The position numbers were made by a program, and so were the translations under genes. From contig OMOF01000445.1 in assembly GCA_900290375.1 (NCBI GenBank), forward strand, positions 12,009 through 76,008: 64,000 bases of DNA. Direction: 5' to 3'. Of this stretch, positions 37,178 to 46,820 are shown piece after piece; within the stretch, counting starts at the first letter, position 1, and the number at the start of each line of letters is the position of its first letter. The notes below the pieces were generated by a model. That model saw only the letters and a program-made list of their open reading frames with translations, made no database searches and was not told where the DNA came from. This stretch comes from Candidatus Desulfosporosinus infrequens (lineage in GTDB: Bacteria > Bacillota > Desulfitobacteriia > Desulfitobacteriales > Desulfitobacteriaceae).

Positions 37178-37371
37178 TTTGATGCTCTCCTTTTTCGTTT
37201 ATTTCTCACCTTTGCCCCTTTAGTAGCAAATGGGATAACAAGTTGAGAAAACCATACGCCGCCTTCATCCATCTCCCAAATTGTCCCGCATGGGCATGTA
37301 GTTTTTATCTGTCCATCGGGGAAATTCATCACTTTGCCGCAAGTGCAGATTTGGTCCTTTTGTTTGGTCAT
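37171..37371 (-). CDS. Small zinc-ribbon protein
   Basis: CTCG...CPCG. Confidence 0.6.
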   Translation of the reverse strand: MTKQKDQICTCGKVMNFPDGQIKTTCPCGTIWEMDEGGVWFSQLVIPFATKGAKVRNKRKRRASKC

Positions 37372-37384
37372 AAAGGATGCCTCC

Positions 37385-37675
37385 TTAAATCCTTATACTT
37401 TCACCAAGCTCCTTTTCAATGCGCTCAACTTCAGACATCAGTTCTCTAAACCCCGACGCTCTGCTTTCGCGAATCTGACGATGGAGCAAGAACTTATAGG
37501 CTTGATTGATCGTGCTCACTGAACCCTCAAATACTAACCTTTCATCCCCGGCCTTAGCTCCCTCGCGTGTCTCTGTACCCTTTTGATCGTTTTTGTGTGT
37601 GCTTTTGCTATACACCGTCCATTGGTAAGGGTCTGAGATGACGCAATACTTTTCGTTGACATCGATTCTTGCCAT
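37385..37675 (-). CDS. DUF5405-like protein
   Basis: YCVISDPYQWTV...L...IR.S. Confidence 0.6.
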   Translation of the reverse strand: MARIDVNEKYCVISDPYQWTVYSKSTHKNDQKGTETREGAKAGDERLVFEGSVSTINQAYKFLLHRQIRESRASGFRELMSEVERIEKELGESIRI

Positions 37676-37920
37676 TAGTAACTCCTTCCACCCAACAGAT
37701 TCTTCATTTGCGATAAAAACCTCATTCTTGGATTTGTGCTACGAGCCATAGCAGAGTTCATAACATCTTGGGATTCGCGCTTTTGCTTGCGGGTTTCTTT
37801 CTTGGACCCCCACACAAAATGACGAACGCAATGATAGGTTTTCTCCATGTAATCCCAATAGGATAGCCCTTGCTTTCTTGCAGCTTGACTGGCTTGGTTT
37901 GCCGTGTTATTGCTTTTCAT
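37675..37920 (-). CDS. Hypothetical protein
   Basis: Coupled ORF. Confidence 0.55.
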   Translation of the reverse strand: MKSNNTANQASQAARKQGLSYWDYMEKTYHCVRHFVWGSKKETRKQKRESQDVMNSAMARSTNPRMRFLSQMKNLLGGRSY

Positions 37921-38164
37921 TTTGTTCAACCTCTTTCTCGTCTTCGATGGCCTCGCTTAAATCAATCTGCCCCTTGGCTAATTCGATCAACTTGGCATTT
38001 TCAGCCTTGAGTTGGTCGAGTTCGTTTACTGGTTCATCTTTCCATCCAACTAACGTTTCGCCAGTTCCGGCACATTCATAACAAACCGCGTTATATCCAG
38101 TTCCATAACCGAAAAATCCTCCACCATTACATTTTGAGCAAGGCGTTGTTATCGGTTTTTTCAT
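37907..38164 (-). CDS. DnaJ-type zinc-finger small protein
   Basis: CSKCNGGG...CYECAGTG. Confidence 0.6.
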   Translation of the reverse strand: MKKPITTPCSKCNGGGFFGYGTGYNAVCYECAGTGETLVGWKDEPVNELDQLKAENAKLIELAKGQIDLSEAIEDEKEVEQNEKQ

Positions 38165-38178
38165 GAACTATCTCCTTT

Positions 38179-38367
38179 CTACGCTACCTGATATCTCCTG
38201 ATTAATCCGAGCGTAATCTCCGCCACTTGGACCGCATACGCCATGCTTGTCATCTTTCCAAGGTTGACATTATTAGCTCGTATGTCATTAGTGGTTAACG
38301 CCATGACTTCGCGAAATTCTGCGTTAGTCATTGAGCCTAATTTGGCTTCTAGGGTTTTTCTGAGCAT
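38179..38367 (-). CDS. Hypothetical protein
   Basis: GAGG RBS; operon context. Confidence 0.55.
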   Translation of the reverse strand: MLRKTLEAKLGSMTNAEFREVMALTTNDIRANNVNLGKMTSMAYAVQVAEITLGLIRRYQVA

Positions 38368-38749
38368 GTTTTCGCCTCGCTTTCCTCGTTCTTGCGGTTA
38401 GCGAATTGGCAATTACCTACGCCAACCATCCCACCACATTCCTTTTCGCAATAATACTCAGTAGTCGGAGCTAAGACATGGCATTTGGGTAGATTGCCGC
38501 ATACCGCACATTGGCACTCCTTGCATGCTGGACCGCGTTCAATCCTCATTAATCTACTCCTTTCTACACAATCCTCAGCGGACACCATTCCGGGCTTGTC
38601 CTGGTATTAATCGACGGTATGCGGGTTGCACACTTCTTCGTGGACTGTGGCGCTTTAGGGTGATTGCAAAGGCTCTTTCTGCCTGAGCGTATGAGCCATG
38701 GGCAGGTCTTGCATCTTGGTAGGATCATGGGGTTATCTCCTTTCGTCAT
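38349..38749 (-). CDS. Two small Cys-rich hypothetical proteins (38349-38588, 38564-38749)
   Basis: Tandem Cys-rich ORFs with RBS. Confidence 0.5.
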
Positions 38750-38846
38750 CTAGTGATCCCATAAAAAACGAACGCCACCGCGAGGATAACAACTATTAGG
38801 CTTATCACTTTTGTTCTCACCTCCCTTCGTGCCAACGTTTTCACAA

Positions 38847-39686
38847 TCACTCATTGGCTTTCACAAACCGTTCGCGCATATCGTCGATAAGTTTCAGATC
38901 GTTTTCGGTTAGTTGGGCATCATCAGGGACCTTCTCTGTCAACGCCTCCATAACGCTCTCATTCCACCTAATCTGATAGCCGCTATGCCCATTCTTCACA
39001 TAAGGGAATTCTTCGCCATAAGGTTTTCCAGCTTCCGTAATACGCCAATCCTTATTGCCTTTGGCATCTACTTGTTGTTCCAGTAATCCTTTAGCGAGTA
39101 ATGCCTTATTCGCATTGACCGCACTAATTCCAAGACGTTTACCAACTTCGGTAGGATTTAAGTATCCGGTTTCGTGTTCGGCAGCAGGGAGACATTTCGC
39201 AATATCCTGTAAATTTAGGCCGCTGTTTGTTTCTACTGCGCGAATACATGCGGCCTGGGCTATGCCGATACTTATACCTAGCTTTTCTTTGAGATATTCC
39301 GCTGTGTCAAATGCGTCTTTGATTGCTGGCCGGACGCGGGAAGATGTTCTCTTTTGCTTTGGCGCGGTTAACGTCTTCTCCATTTCCTCAAACTTGGTCA
39401 CGTAAGTTGCTGTGAAGAGTACGCCCTTTTCGCCTGTCATTTTGTTGGCTACCATGTCGCAGCCTTTGCGGGTTAGGAGGTAGCAGGGGCGGCTTTCGCC
39501 TTTGGCATCAATGTAAGTACTCGGGATGAAGAAATCTAACGAACGGAATTCTCCGTTGGTTAAGTGGGTTTCATACGTAGCGATCTTAGCGAGTAGGTCA
39601 GAATGCCTAACGTCTGTCATTTCGGCGGCATCCCGGCTGTCAATTACATAAACCCCGTCTTGGTTGATAACTTGCAATTTGTTCAT
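38847..39686 (-). CDS. Rha-family regulator/antirepressor with KilA-C-like tail
   Basis: IDSRD.AEM...HSDLL..I, CYLLTRKGCDMVANKMTGEKGVLFTA.YV..F. Confidence 0.9.
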   Translation of the reverse strand: MNKLQVINQDGVYVIDSRDAAEMTDVRHSDLLAKIATYETHLTNGEFRSLDFFIPSTYIDAKGESRPCYLLTRKGCDMVANKMTGEKGVLFTATYVTKFEEMEKTLTAPKQKRTSSRVRPAIKDAFDTAEYLKEKLGISIGIAQAACIRAVETNSGLNLQDIAKCLPAAEHETGYLNPTEVGKRLGISAVNANKALLAKGLLEQQVDAKGNKDWRITEAGKPYGEEFPYVKNGHSGYQIRWNESVMEALTEKVPDDAQLTENDLKLIDDMRERFVKANE

Positions 39687-39689
39687 ATT

Positions 39690-40355
39690 TCACCCCCTCG
39701 CTAACCGCTTTTTGGCGATATTTGACTTTTTAATCAATAAGTCTCTAATTTGGTAGTAATCGAATCCAAGTTCATAAAGTACAGCAATCTTATGTGTTTG
39801 ATTCTCAACAAGTTCCATTTCGCCAGAAGTCATAAAGTCGAGTGCGACAGCCTTTTTATCCGCTCCACGTTCCTTACGGATACTTGCGGCAATTTTACCA
39901 AGAGCCGCTTTGTAGGATAGGTCGATAAAAAGTTTGTAATCCCACTCGCTACGATTTGGATTTTCCTTAATCCTATCTAGCAAAGGTTTGCGAGTTGGTT
40001 TGAGTGTCATTTTACCGATTTGGCGTTTTTGAAGTTCGGTTCGCATTTCGTAGAATTGGCGAACGAGTTCGGTTTTGAAATCAATTACAGTTTCGGTATT
40101 TCTCAGGAAGGTAACTAAGAGTGTTGCTTGCTCCTCGTTCAGGTGATAAACCTTTCTAATTTGCGTACCACCTTTTGTTTCAAAGGGTGTCATTTCAAAT
40201 GATACCCTTCCGAACTTTTCGAGCCGTTGCTGATGCTTTTCAATCAATAGATAAACTGAACGGTTTGCAATTTTTGCATACTCAGCGATTACATCACTCG
40301 TTGTAAATGGTATAGCCTTGATAGAGTTCGGTTCAAGAAAAACTAAGTCACCCAT
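39690..40355 (-). CDS. Second Rha-family regulator
   Basis: PFTTSDVIAE, YHLNEEQATLL.T.L.NT..V..FK..LV.QF..M. Confidence 0.85.
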   Translation of the reverse strand: MGDLVFLEPNSIKAIPFTTSDVIAEYAKIANRSVYLLIEKHQQRLEKFGRVSFEMTPFETKGGTQIRKVYHLNEEQATLLVTFLRNTETVIDFKTELVRQFYEMRTELQKRQIGKMTLKPTRKPLLDRIKENPNRSEWDYKLFIDLSYKAALGKIAASIRKERGADKKAVALDFMTSGEMELVENQTHKIAVLYELGFDYYQIRDLLIKKSNIAKKRLARG

Positions 40356-40373
40356 TAAAATCCTCTCCTTGAT

Positions 40374-40499
40374 TTAGTTGGCCGCTTTTTGATTCGACTC
40401 TTGAGCTTGAACCAAATTGATAATCGCGATAACTCCTTCACGAATCTTCTTAGAGCTATAAATTGGAGGAAGATACGTGACTTTATTTTTTGATGCCAA
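40374..40499 (-). CDS. Small hypothetical protein (41 aa, MASKNKVTYLPP...)
   Basis: Read manually; AAGGAG RBS, TTG start. Confidence 0.5.
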   Translation of the reverse strand: MASKNKVTYLPPIYSSKKIREGVIAIINLVQAQESNQKAAN

Positions 40500-40529
40500 A
40501 TAATTTCTCTCCTTTTCGTTTTATGTGTA

Positions 40530-40965
40530 TAATACTTTCGCAAATAGTAAATAATATTAACGTCGAGATCAAATAAAAAGGAATTGCTTAGAAAAAGCGT
40601 GGACAAGTATTGCGTAAATGTAAATACAATTTATAATGTAACGTGTAAGTAATATTAACGCAATGCGTCCAACACCGCCTCGGATTGGGCTTCCATTTCT
40701 ACGTCTGGGAACAACTCGTTAACTGGAGTATCAAACAAGAAAGATAGCTTCAGCATTAACTTGCCACTAGGCGTTGCGTTGCCGTTCTCAATATACCTTA
40801 TCATGGTCCCAGTAACTCCGACGGCAGCGCCTACTTTATCCTGTGTGCCATAGGCTCTTCTTAGTTGTTTGAATCTTTCTCGTTTATGTCTTGTCATTCT
40901 GTATCACCACCTTTGTCCTTGATAGAATATTATCACGTAAATCATATTAACGCAATATGTAAATT
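40530..40965. promoter_or_regulatory. Immunity operators and promoters
   Basis: Repeated (GTAA)..ATATTAACG motif near 40547, 40645 and 40938, overlapping TTGCGT -35 elements. Confidence 0.55.
40655..40897 (-). CDS. Cro-like XRE repressor
   Basis: TQDKVGAAVGVTGTMIRYIENGNATPS; divergent from cI. Confidence 0.85.
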   Translation of the reverse strand: MTRHKRERFKQLRRAYGTQDKVGAAVGVTGTMIRYIENGNATPSGKLMLKLSFLFDTPVNELFPDVEMEAQSEAVLDALR

Positions 40966-40977
40966 ATACTTTCTTTT

Positions 40978-41337
40978 ATGGAAATGAGGAAAATATTTAT
41001 GATTATCGGTATGGGCAGTAGAATTAGAGTTCTTCGACTTGAACGAGGGTTAACACAGGACCAAATGGCATATAAACTGGACATGAATCGTGCGAATTTC
41101 TCACATTACGAAAGAGACACATCTTCCCCACCGTGCGAAGTTCTGGTCAAAATAGCTGATATTTTAAATACAACTACAGATTTCCTTCTTGGACGCACAG
41201 ATACTAATCCACCCGATGCTGCAACAATCAAACAACTACAAGGAATTAATGAATTACCGCAAGACAAGAGAAGATTTGTAATAAATATAATAAATTCGAT
41301 TATTTCAGAAATAATCGAAGAGGCTAAGGAGGAATAG
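40978..41337 (+). CDS. CI-like XRE repressor without autopeptidase domain
   Basis: RIRVLRLERGLTQ..MA..L...R...SHYE...IADILNTTTDFLLGR; upstream of integrase. Confidence 0.88.
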   Translation: MEMRKIFMIIGMGSRIRVLRLERGLTQDQMAYKLDMNRANFSHYERDTSSPPCEVLVKIADILNTTTDFLLGRTDTNPPDAATIKQLQGINELPQDKRRFVINIINSIISEIIEEAKEE

Positions 41338-41339
41338 GT

Positions 41340-42818
41340 ATGCATGGAATACTATACCTGCGCAAAAGCAGAGAAGATGAGCAATATGAAAAAAATACTG
41401 GCGAAGATGTTCTGCAAACCCATCGCGAACGTTTGGTTATGCTCTGTAAGTCGCGGGAAATTACCTTCGACGAACGCGCAGAGGTACGAAGCGGTGATAC
41501 GATCGCAGGTCGGCCTAAATTTCAGAATATACTAGATACGGATCTCCCCTCTGGTCAATACTCTTGTATCATTGTTACTGAAATTTCTCGACTTGGCAGA
41601 GGGGACATGGAGGATGCAGGAAGAATATACAAAACCATAATCCACAACGAGATTAAGATTGTCACGCCGAATAAAATATATGATCCGTTAAACCCTTCCG
41701 ATCTTCGCCAGCTAAGGTTCGAGCTATTCATGTCTCGGGAGGAATACGAAAGCATTAAGGAAAGACTATGGAATAATAGAAATTACCGGGCAACACAAGG
41801 TTATGCCGGCAATTATATTGTCACGCTCGGTTTTCGCCAGTCCAGGGGGATAGTCGAGATAATCCCCGAAGAGGAAAAATTAGTGCTTGAAATATTTACG
41901 ATGCGCTCTGAAAATTACTCCTATCAAGAAATAGCGGATTACTTTAATTCCAGAAATTTAAAGACAAAACGCGGAACAAAGTATCATGAATCTACAATAT
42001 ATAAGATATTAAAAAATCCCAGGTATATAGGAGTGGCTAAGTGGCAAGGCAAGGAATATATAGCTAAGCACCCTGCGATAGTCTCATTGGACCTATGGAA
42101 CTCTGCGCAGGATATCAACGCTGAAAGACATCACAAGAGACGAGGGTCAAAAAACGATAACCCTTATCTAGTAGAGCTATACTGTCGAGAATGCGGGCAA
42201 AGGATGTACGGGGAACGCTCTACCCCGCAAAGGGTAATAGATGGTGTTCGAAAGCTATATAAAAGCAGAGACATCTATATTTGTAGGGGCAGAAAAAGCA
42301 TCCCTAAATGTTGGCACCACATAGGAGCCAGCGTTGTTCACTCGACCATCCTTGATGAGCTTGGGAAGATAATATCAGATCCGCAGATTTTTCTTGAGTT
42401 AGTCAACGAGAGAGAATCAAGACTTGGCGTCGATACTAATGGTTTATCAGATCAAGTGGATGAATTAAATAAGCAAGTCAAGGATAAAAACATCCTTTTG
42501 GTAAAAATAGAGAACGATTATGAAAAAGGCGACCTATCCGCTTTGCTATATACTAAACACGTTGAAAAAATATCCAAAGAAATAGCATCTATTGAAGGTA
42601 GGATAAAAAAAATTAAGGCCGATTTATTAAAATCAGCCATTAAGATTAGTCCTCCTATGGAATTACAATCAATTTTGAAAACATTCCTAAATAACTGGAA
42701 CGCCTATCCTAATAGTGACAAGAAGCTCATCATTAGATCATTTCTTCCCAGGGTTGAGGTGAACAAGCAGGGTGAATTCTTTATCGCTATTACTTTGCCT
42801 GATTCTATCGAAATTTAG
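41340..42818 (+). CDS. Large serine recombinase (integrase)
   Basis: YLRKSR, SG..IAGRP.F, EISRLGRG, recombinase domain ILKNPRYIG...HPAIVS, Zn ribbon CRECG...YIC, coiled coil. Confidence 0.95.
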   Translation: MHGILYLRKSREDEQYEKNTGEDVLQTHRERLVMLCKSREITFDERAEVRSGDTIAGRPKFQNILDTDLPSGQYSCIIVTEISRLGRGDMEDAGRIYKTIIHNEIKIVTPNKIYDPLNPSDLRQLRFELFMSREEYESIKERLWNNRNYRATQGYAGNYIVTLGFRQSRGIVEIIPEEEKLVLEIFTMRSENYSYQEIADYFNSRNLKTKRGTKYHESTIYKILKNPRYIGVAKWQGKEYIAKHPAIVSLDLWNSAQDINAERHHKRRGSKNDNPYLVELYCRECGQRMYGERSTPQRVIDGVRKLYKSRDIYICRGRKSIPKCWHHIGASVVHSTILDELGKIISDPQIFLELVNERESRLGVDTNGLSDQVDELNKQVKDKNILLVKIENDYEKGDLSALLYTKHVEKISKEIASIEGRIKKIKADLLKSAIKISPPMELQSILKTFLNNWNAYPNSDKKLIIRSFLPRVEVNKQGEFFIAITLPDSIEI

Positions 42819-42869
42819 CAAACGGGAAACCTTCCGACAATTTCAAAATAGGGAAGGTTTCCCGTTTGC
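42818..42869. other. Candidate attP (may also act as a terminator)
   Basis: Perfect 18-bp inverted repeat GCAAACGGGAAACCTTCC around a 16-bp core, 52 bp in total, starting at the integrase stop codon. Confidence 0.6.
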
Positions 42870-42873
42870 GGTT

Positions 42874-43137
42874 TTATATCTTTCCTTCATATAATAAGGA
42901 TTTCAAGAGTTCTATTCCGTCATTGAATCCCTGCTTATATGTATTTTCCAGAAGAGCATCCACTCTTGATGTTGATAATTCTTCATAGCGATCAAAAATA
43001 TTTCTTTCCTTACCCAGTAATCTTATTATGTCAACGCTCAAGGAAATGGATTCTTTTATCCACTCACTGTAATCAGTTGTTTCTTTTGTTTTTTGATAAG
43101 CAACGCCAAAGATTCTTTCCGGCATCAGCTTGTCCAT
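42874..43137 (-). CDS. SOS-controlled small protein (candidate RDF or antirepressor)
   Basis: Convergent on integrase and attP; YKQGFNDG motif; LexA box in its promoter. Confidence 0.65.
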   Translation of the reverse strand: MDKLMPERIFGVAYQKTKETTDYSEWIKESISLSVDIIRLLGKERNIFDRYEELSTSRVDALLENTYKQGFNDGIELLKSLLYEGKI

Positions 43138-43227
43138 GATAATATCAAGTATTTTTTCAGTCGGAATATTTTTTTCAATATCTATATCCTCATCTCCTGC
43201 CTGAATTTATGTTTTACCAGTCTCTAT

Positions 43228-43256
43228 ATACTAGAACGTGTGTTCTTAATTTTCAA
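43228..43256 (-). promoter_or_regulatory. SigA promoter with LexA/DinR box
   Basis: TTGAAA-17-TAGTAT with AGAAC-ACAC-GTTCT in the spacer. Confidence 0.8.
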
Positions 43257-43547
43257 GGGGTAATTTGTCGCAAAAGAAATAAATCGTTTCTCTTCCCCTT
43301 TCTCTCGCTACCCGTAGGAACAAAGTCCTACAATCAGTCCTAGATATAATTCAGAATATTTATTTAAGTTATTGACAGTATACGCTATAACGTTTGTCGA
43401 AATCGCGTGAAATAAAGGAGGCCAAATGTGAATATTTTGTGATTATAAATTATACTTAAGTCTACATATTATAATACCTGCTACATTTTTGTGTTAGCAG
43501 GATTAATCCTATCCTCTGTGGAAGTATTTTCCTATGGTGGTGAGGCG

Positions 43548-43769
43548 ATGGATTTAGAAGATAAGTTAAAGGATAACAAAATACAATACATACTAGACAA
43601 GCGTGATATGTCGCAAAAAGACCTTGCCGCAACGCTCGGGTGGTGGCCGAGTGACATAAGCGACATCGTTAACGGTAAGGTTAAGCGCCTTACGCTCATT
43701 CGCGCTTCGATGATATCCGTTGCTCTCGGGTATTCGGTTGAGTATATTTGGCCTACTTTATTCAAGTAG
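43548..43769 (+). CDS. XRE HTH regulator
   Basis: MSQKDLAATLG....ISDIVNGK...ALGYSVEYIW. Confidence 0.85.
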   Translation: MDLEDKLKDNKIQYILDKRDMSQKDLAATLGWWPSDISDIVNGKVKRLTLIRASMISVALGYSVEYIWPTLFK

Positions 43770-43906
43770 GCCAAATATTTTTTTATATTTTTTTAGTCAT
43801 AAAATTAGACTTTCGTCTATATACTTTATCACACCCAGTAAGCCACCGTCACACCACGTCTTACACTATACTACGCCAGTCAGACAAAATTTTGAGAGGT
43901 GAGAAT

Positions 43907-44113
43907 GTGAAGAAAAGAAGAACTTTTTGGGACGGAGATGATCTTTGCTCAAAGCTAGACGCAATACCAGAAAATGAACTAAGTACCATAATCCGCATGG
44001 CACTACGAGCATGGTTTAAGATCGACAGCAAGCCCGAACTAACCGTTACCGACGCAAGGCAGATAGCGCAGGAGCTGGTAAGGCAACGCAAAGTTGAAAG
44101 GAGCGAACGCTAA
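43907..44113 (+). CDS. RHH-like small protein
   Basis: DDLCSKLDAIP..ELSTIIRMALRAWF; GAGGTGA RBS. Confidence 0.65.
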   Translation: MKKRRTFWDGDDLCSKLDAIPENELSTIIRMALRAWFKIDSKPELTVTDARQIAQELVRQRKVERSER

Positions 44114-44274
44114 TGTTCTGGAAGAAATCCATTAAAGCCTCCAAACTCTCAGGGCTTATCAAGGAAATAGCTAAGGCGGCATCATTAGTACCTTATGGGG
44201 ATGGCGCGCTGGACTTAGGTTGGGAGGAACTAACCGTCAGTGATCTACTCGAATGGATGGAGGAAAGTTTATAG
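44113..44274 (+). CDS. Small hypothetical protein (53 aa)
   Basis: Read manually; TAATG coupling, AAGGAG RBS. Confidence 0.55.
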   Translation: MFWKKSIKASKLSGLIKEIAKAASLVPYGDGALDLGWEELTVSDLLEWMEESL

Positions 44275-44291
44275 GAAGTGAGGTTGAAATA

Positions 44292-44519
44292 ATGGACATA
44301 ACTAAAATCCAAAAAATCGTTCGCAAGGCTATCAAGGACTACGCCATTACCGCAAAGTACGATGAGGAAATTCTAGTATCATTTCTCAGCGTGGATATTT
44401 TCCGGGAGATCAACGAGGATTCCCCGGCACCTCTCTCGGATCCCAAGGCTCCCCCTCGCCGCAATACTAACCAGAATGCATTAGGTCTGGTAAATCACGA
44501 AGCAGGTGAAACGCCATGA
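44292..44519 (+). CDS. Hypothetical protein
   Basis: GAGGT RBS; coupled to FtsK. Confidence 0.6.
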   Translation: MDITKIQKIVRKAIKDYAITAKYDEEILVSFLSVDIFREINEDSPAPLSDPKAPPRRNTNQNALGLVNHEAGETP

Positions 44520-45844
44520 GTGAAAAATCATCGTCCGTAAAGCCCGACCTGATCGGCTTGACATCCTCTACTCTGGTCAAACTTGGACGCTTTGCCCTAC
44601 GTCATATCGGCAGTCCCAACAACTCCTATGCGAACAAGATAATGCTGAACTGGAAACGCAATGACATATGCACCGAAACCAAAGAGCGAGGCAAGGATTA
44701 CACAGAGAAGAAATACCCTACGCTAGTGGAAAAGACAATGAAGGGTCATAATCGAGTACTTAGATACAAGATACCCACCGGTCTAAATCCGCAGAAAGTC
44801 ATGAAATCCCTCTACGACATCGAGTTCGATCTCAAGTCAGAAGTCCTATTCAAGCGACTTGAGAACGATCCCAAAGCGCACTTCTCACTCACTATCTTAT
44901 CCGGCAAACTGTTAGACATTATCAACTACTCCAACGAGGCCAGTATTACTCCAGATGGCAAGGAGTTAAGCAAAGGTCTATGGATACCTCTAGGGTGGTC
45001 AAGAAGGGGCTTGGAACAACTTAATTTAGCCTCTAGCAACAGCCCTCATCTTATGATCGGAGGGGCTACAGGAGGCGGCAAGAGCATCCTTGGCAGGCTT
45101 ATCCTTGCTACCCTCCATATCCGCTATAACCGTGATGAATGCCGACTATGGCTCTGTGACCTTAAACATGGCAACGGCACAGCAAGGCTAGGGAAAAACC
45201 CTCTCCTTGTAGATAGGACTATTTCTGATCCGGGCGAAGCAGAACAAATGATGGACGATCTCTCTGTGATTATTGGCGAGCGATATAATTTATTTAAGGA
45301 GTATGAGTGCGACGATTTACAGGCGTTTAACGAGGAATATCCAAGATTGAGATTGCCGCGCATTGTGGTTTATGTGGATGAATTAACCAAACTTGAGGGC
45401 AAGGAGTTCTCCAGGGCTCGTGAAAAGATGACTAAAGTCACGGGGGAATCCAGGGGTGCAGGAGTGCATGTTATTATCTCTTGTCACAGGCCCACAGCTA
45501 ACCTTGTGTCCGGCACGATGAAGAACAATATCTCTGCCGTTGTCGCGTTTAATTGCAACGCTGTATCGGCTCGTGTGTTGCTTGGAGAAGATCCGGAGGA
45601 TTACAAGGCAGCCAGCATGATTGATCCAGATATCGAAGGTCGAGCATTGTTTAAATTTAAAGATGAGGTATTGCTGCAGGTCCCCTACATCGACAACCAT
45701 GCAATCAAGTCCCTTATGGCCAACTATCAAAAAGCGATAATTAAAGGTAAGGTCGAGCCAGTGATACAGGCTGTTATTTCCACTAGGGTGGTTGAGCACT
45801 CAGTCGGGCACTCACTCGGTCATACTATTGAGCACCCCCAGTGA
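44516..45844 (+). CDS. FtsK/SpoIIIE-family ATPase
   Basis: PHLMIGGATGGGKS, LCDLK, IVVYVDEL, RGAGVHVIISCHRP, GRALF..QVPYI. Confidence 0.92.
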   Translation: MSEKSSSVKPDLIGLTSSTLVKLGRFALRHIGSPNNSYANKIMLNWKRNDICTETKERGKDYTEKKYPTLVEKTMKGHNRVLRYKIPTGLNPQKVMKSLYDIEFDLKSEVLFKRLENDPKAHFSLTILSGKLLDIINYSNEASITPDGKELSKGLWIPLGWSRRGLEQLNLASSNSPHLMIGGATGGGKSILGRLILATLHIRYNRDECRLWLCDLKHGNGTARLGKNPLLVDRTISDPGEAEQMMDDLSVIIGERYNLFKEYECDDLQAFNEEYPRLRLPRIVVYVDELTKLEGKEFSRAREKMTKVTGESRGAGVHVIISCHRPTANLVSGTMKNNISAVVAFNCNAVSARVLLGEDPEDYKAASMIDPDIEGRALFKFKDEVLLQVPYIDNHAIKSLMANYQKAIIKGKVEPVIQAVISTRVVEHSVGHSLGHTIEHPQ

Positions 45845-45958
45845 TTGTACTCAACGATTCAATGCGCTTTATAGGCTCCTTTGGTCATGCCGTGCGGTCC
45901 GTAAAGTGCTTTATTATCCTTACTTTTTTATTTTGTATTTATTTTATATTTTTGCGAG

Positions 45959-46597
45959 GTGAAAATTGTGAACTTAGTGGCATATGGCAAGCAACGAGAC
46001 GAACGAATTATGGGGCTAGTAGGGCTTGGGACAGCCTTTACGCGAAGCCAAATAGAGCGAGTTATATTTAAGGGAAGTAAGCGTAAGGCTCAGACTAGAC
46101 TGCAGGTGCTATCCGATTCAGGGCGACTAAAAAAGATTATCCGCAGTCCCCACGAACCAGCCATCTATTGCCTCAAAAAACCCCGAAATATCGATCATTA
46201 TTTACTTATCAATGAAATCTATTGTGCCGTAATGTCTCAGAAAAAGTCTTGGCATATCGTCAAGTGGCAATGGTCATATCCAATTATGGAAGGTAAGATT
46301 TGGGCAGACGCAATGGTTGATATTTACGACCAACTCAATAAGCGTAGGCATGTTATATTTGTTGAGGTTGAGCGTTACGCAGACCGTAAGTTCGAGAAGG
46401 ATAAAAAGTATTCAGCCATTACCAGCGCGAACTGGACGAAAGAAGAGTGGGCGATTAAGGAGCCTACAAGGATATTGTTCCCGGCAATCCTAGTTGTCAC
46501 CGAATGCAAATTAGAGGTCAAAAGCGAGTTGGATTTCTTTGTTGCCACGATGGACCAAGTCAAAAAAGACATTTACTCTATTATCTTAAGGAGGTAA
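45959..46597 (+). CDS. Replication-relaxation (wHTH plus PD-(D/E)xK-like) family protein
   Basis: RDERI...TRSQI...AQTRL..L, IDHYL.IN, ADA...FVEVER...K..KY, FP.ILVVT. Confidence 0.82.
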   Translation: MKIVNLVAYGKQRDERIMGLVGLGTAFTRSQIERVIFKGSKRKAQTRLQVLSDSGRLKKIIRSPHEPAIYCLKKPRNIDHYLLINEIYCAVMSQKKSWHIVKWQWSYPIMEGKIWADAMVDIYDQLNKRRHVIFVEVERYADRKFEKDKKYSAITSANWTKEEWAIKEPTRILFPAILVVTECKLEVKSELDFFVATMDQVKKDIYSIILRR

Positions 46598-46601
46598 CAC
46601 C

Positions 46602-46820
46602 ATGGGTAAACTAGGAAAAGTGACCACAAAGGCCACCTATGGAATCCTGAATCTGGCGATGAAACCTATTTACGATCAGATGAAAAAAGAGAGAAAAGAA
46701 GAAGTTAAAAGATGGAACAAATCGCTAGATATAGCTTCTCAGGATGCAATGGCCGAGGCTAGATATTTTGAAGTAAGGCAGCCGTTTGATTCGATTATCC
46801 ACAAGCACCCATTGTGGTAG
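46602..46820 (+). CDS. Hypothetical protein
   Basis: GGAGGT RBS; followed by two terminator hairpins (46843-46920). Confidence 0.65.
   Translation: MGKLGKVTTKATYGILNLAMKPIYDQMKKERKEEVKRWNKSLDIASQDAMAEARYFEVRQPFDSIIHKHPLW

Noticed and set aside
40355-40606. 83-aa ORF from the track
   Set aside because: Spans operator DNA without an RBS; a 41-aa ORF in another frame has a good RBS
43425-43490. Alternative attP around ACTTAAGT
   Set aside because: AT-rich, and the arms are out of register by 2 bp; better explained as promoter DNA
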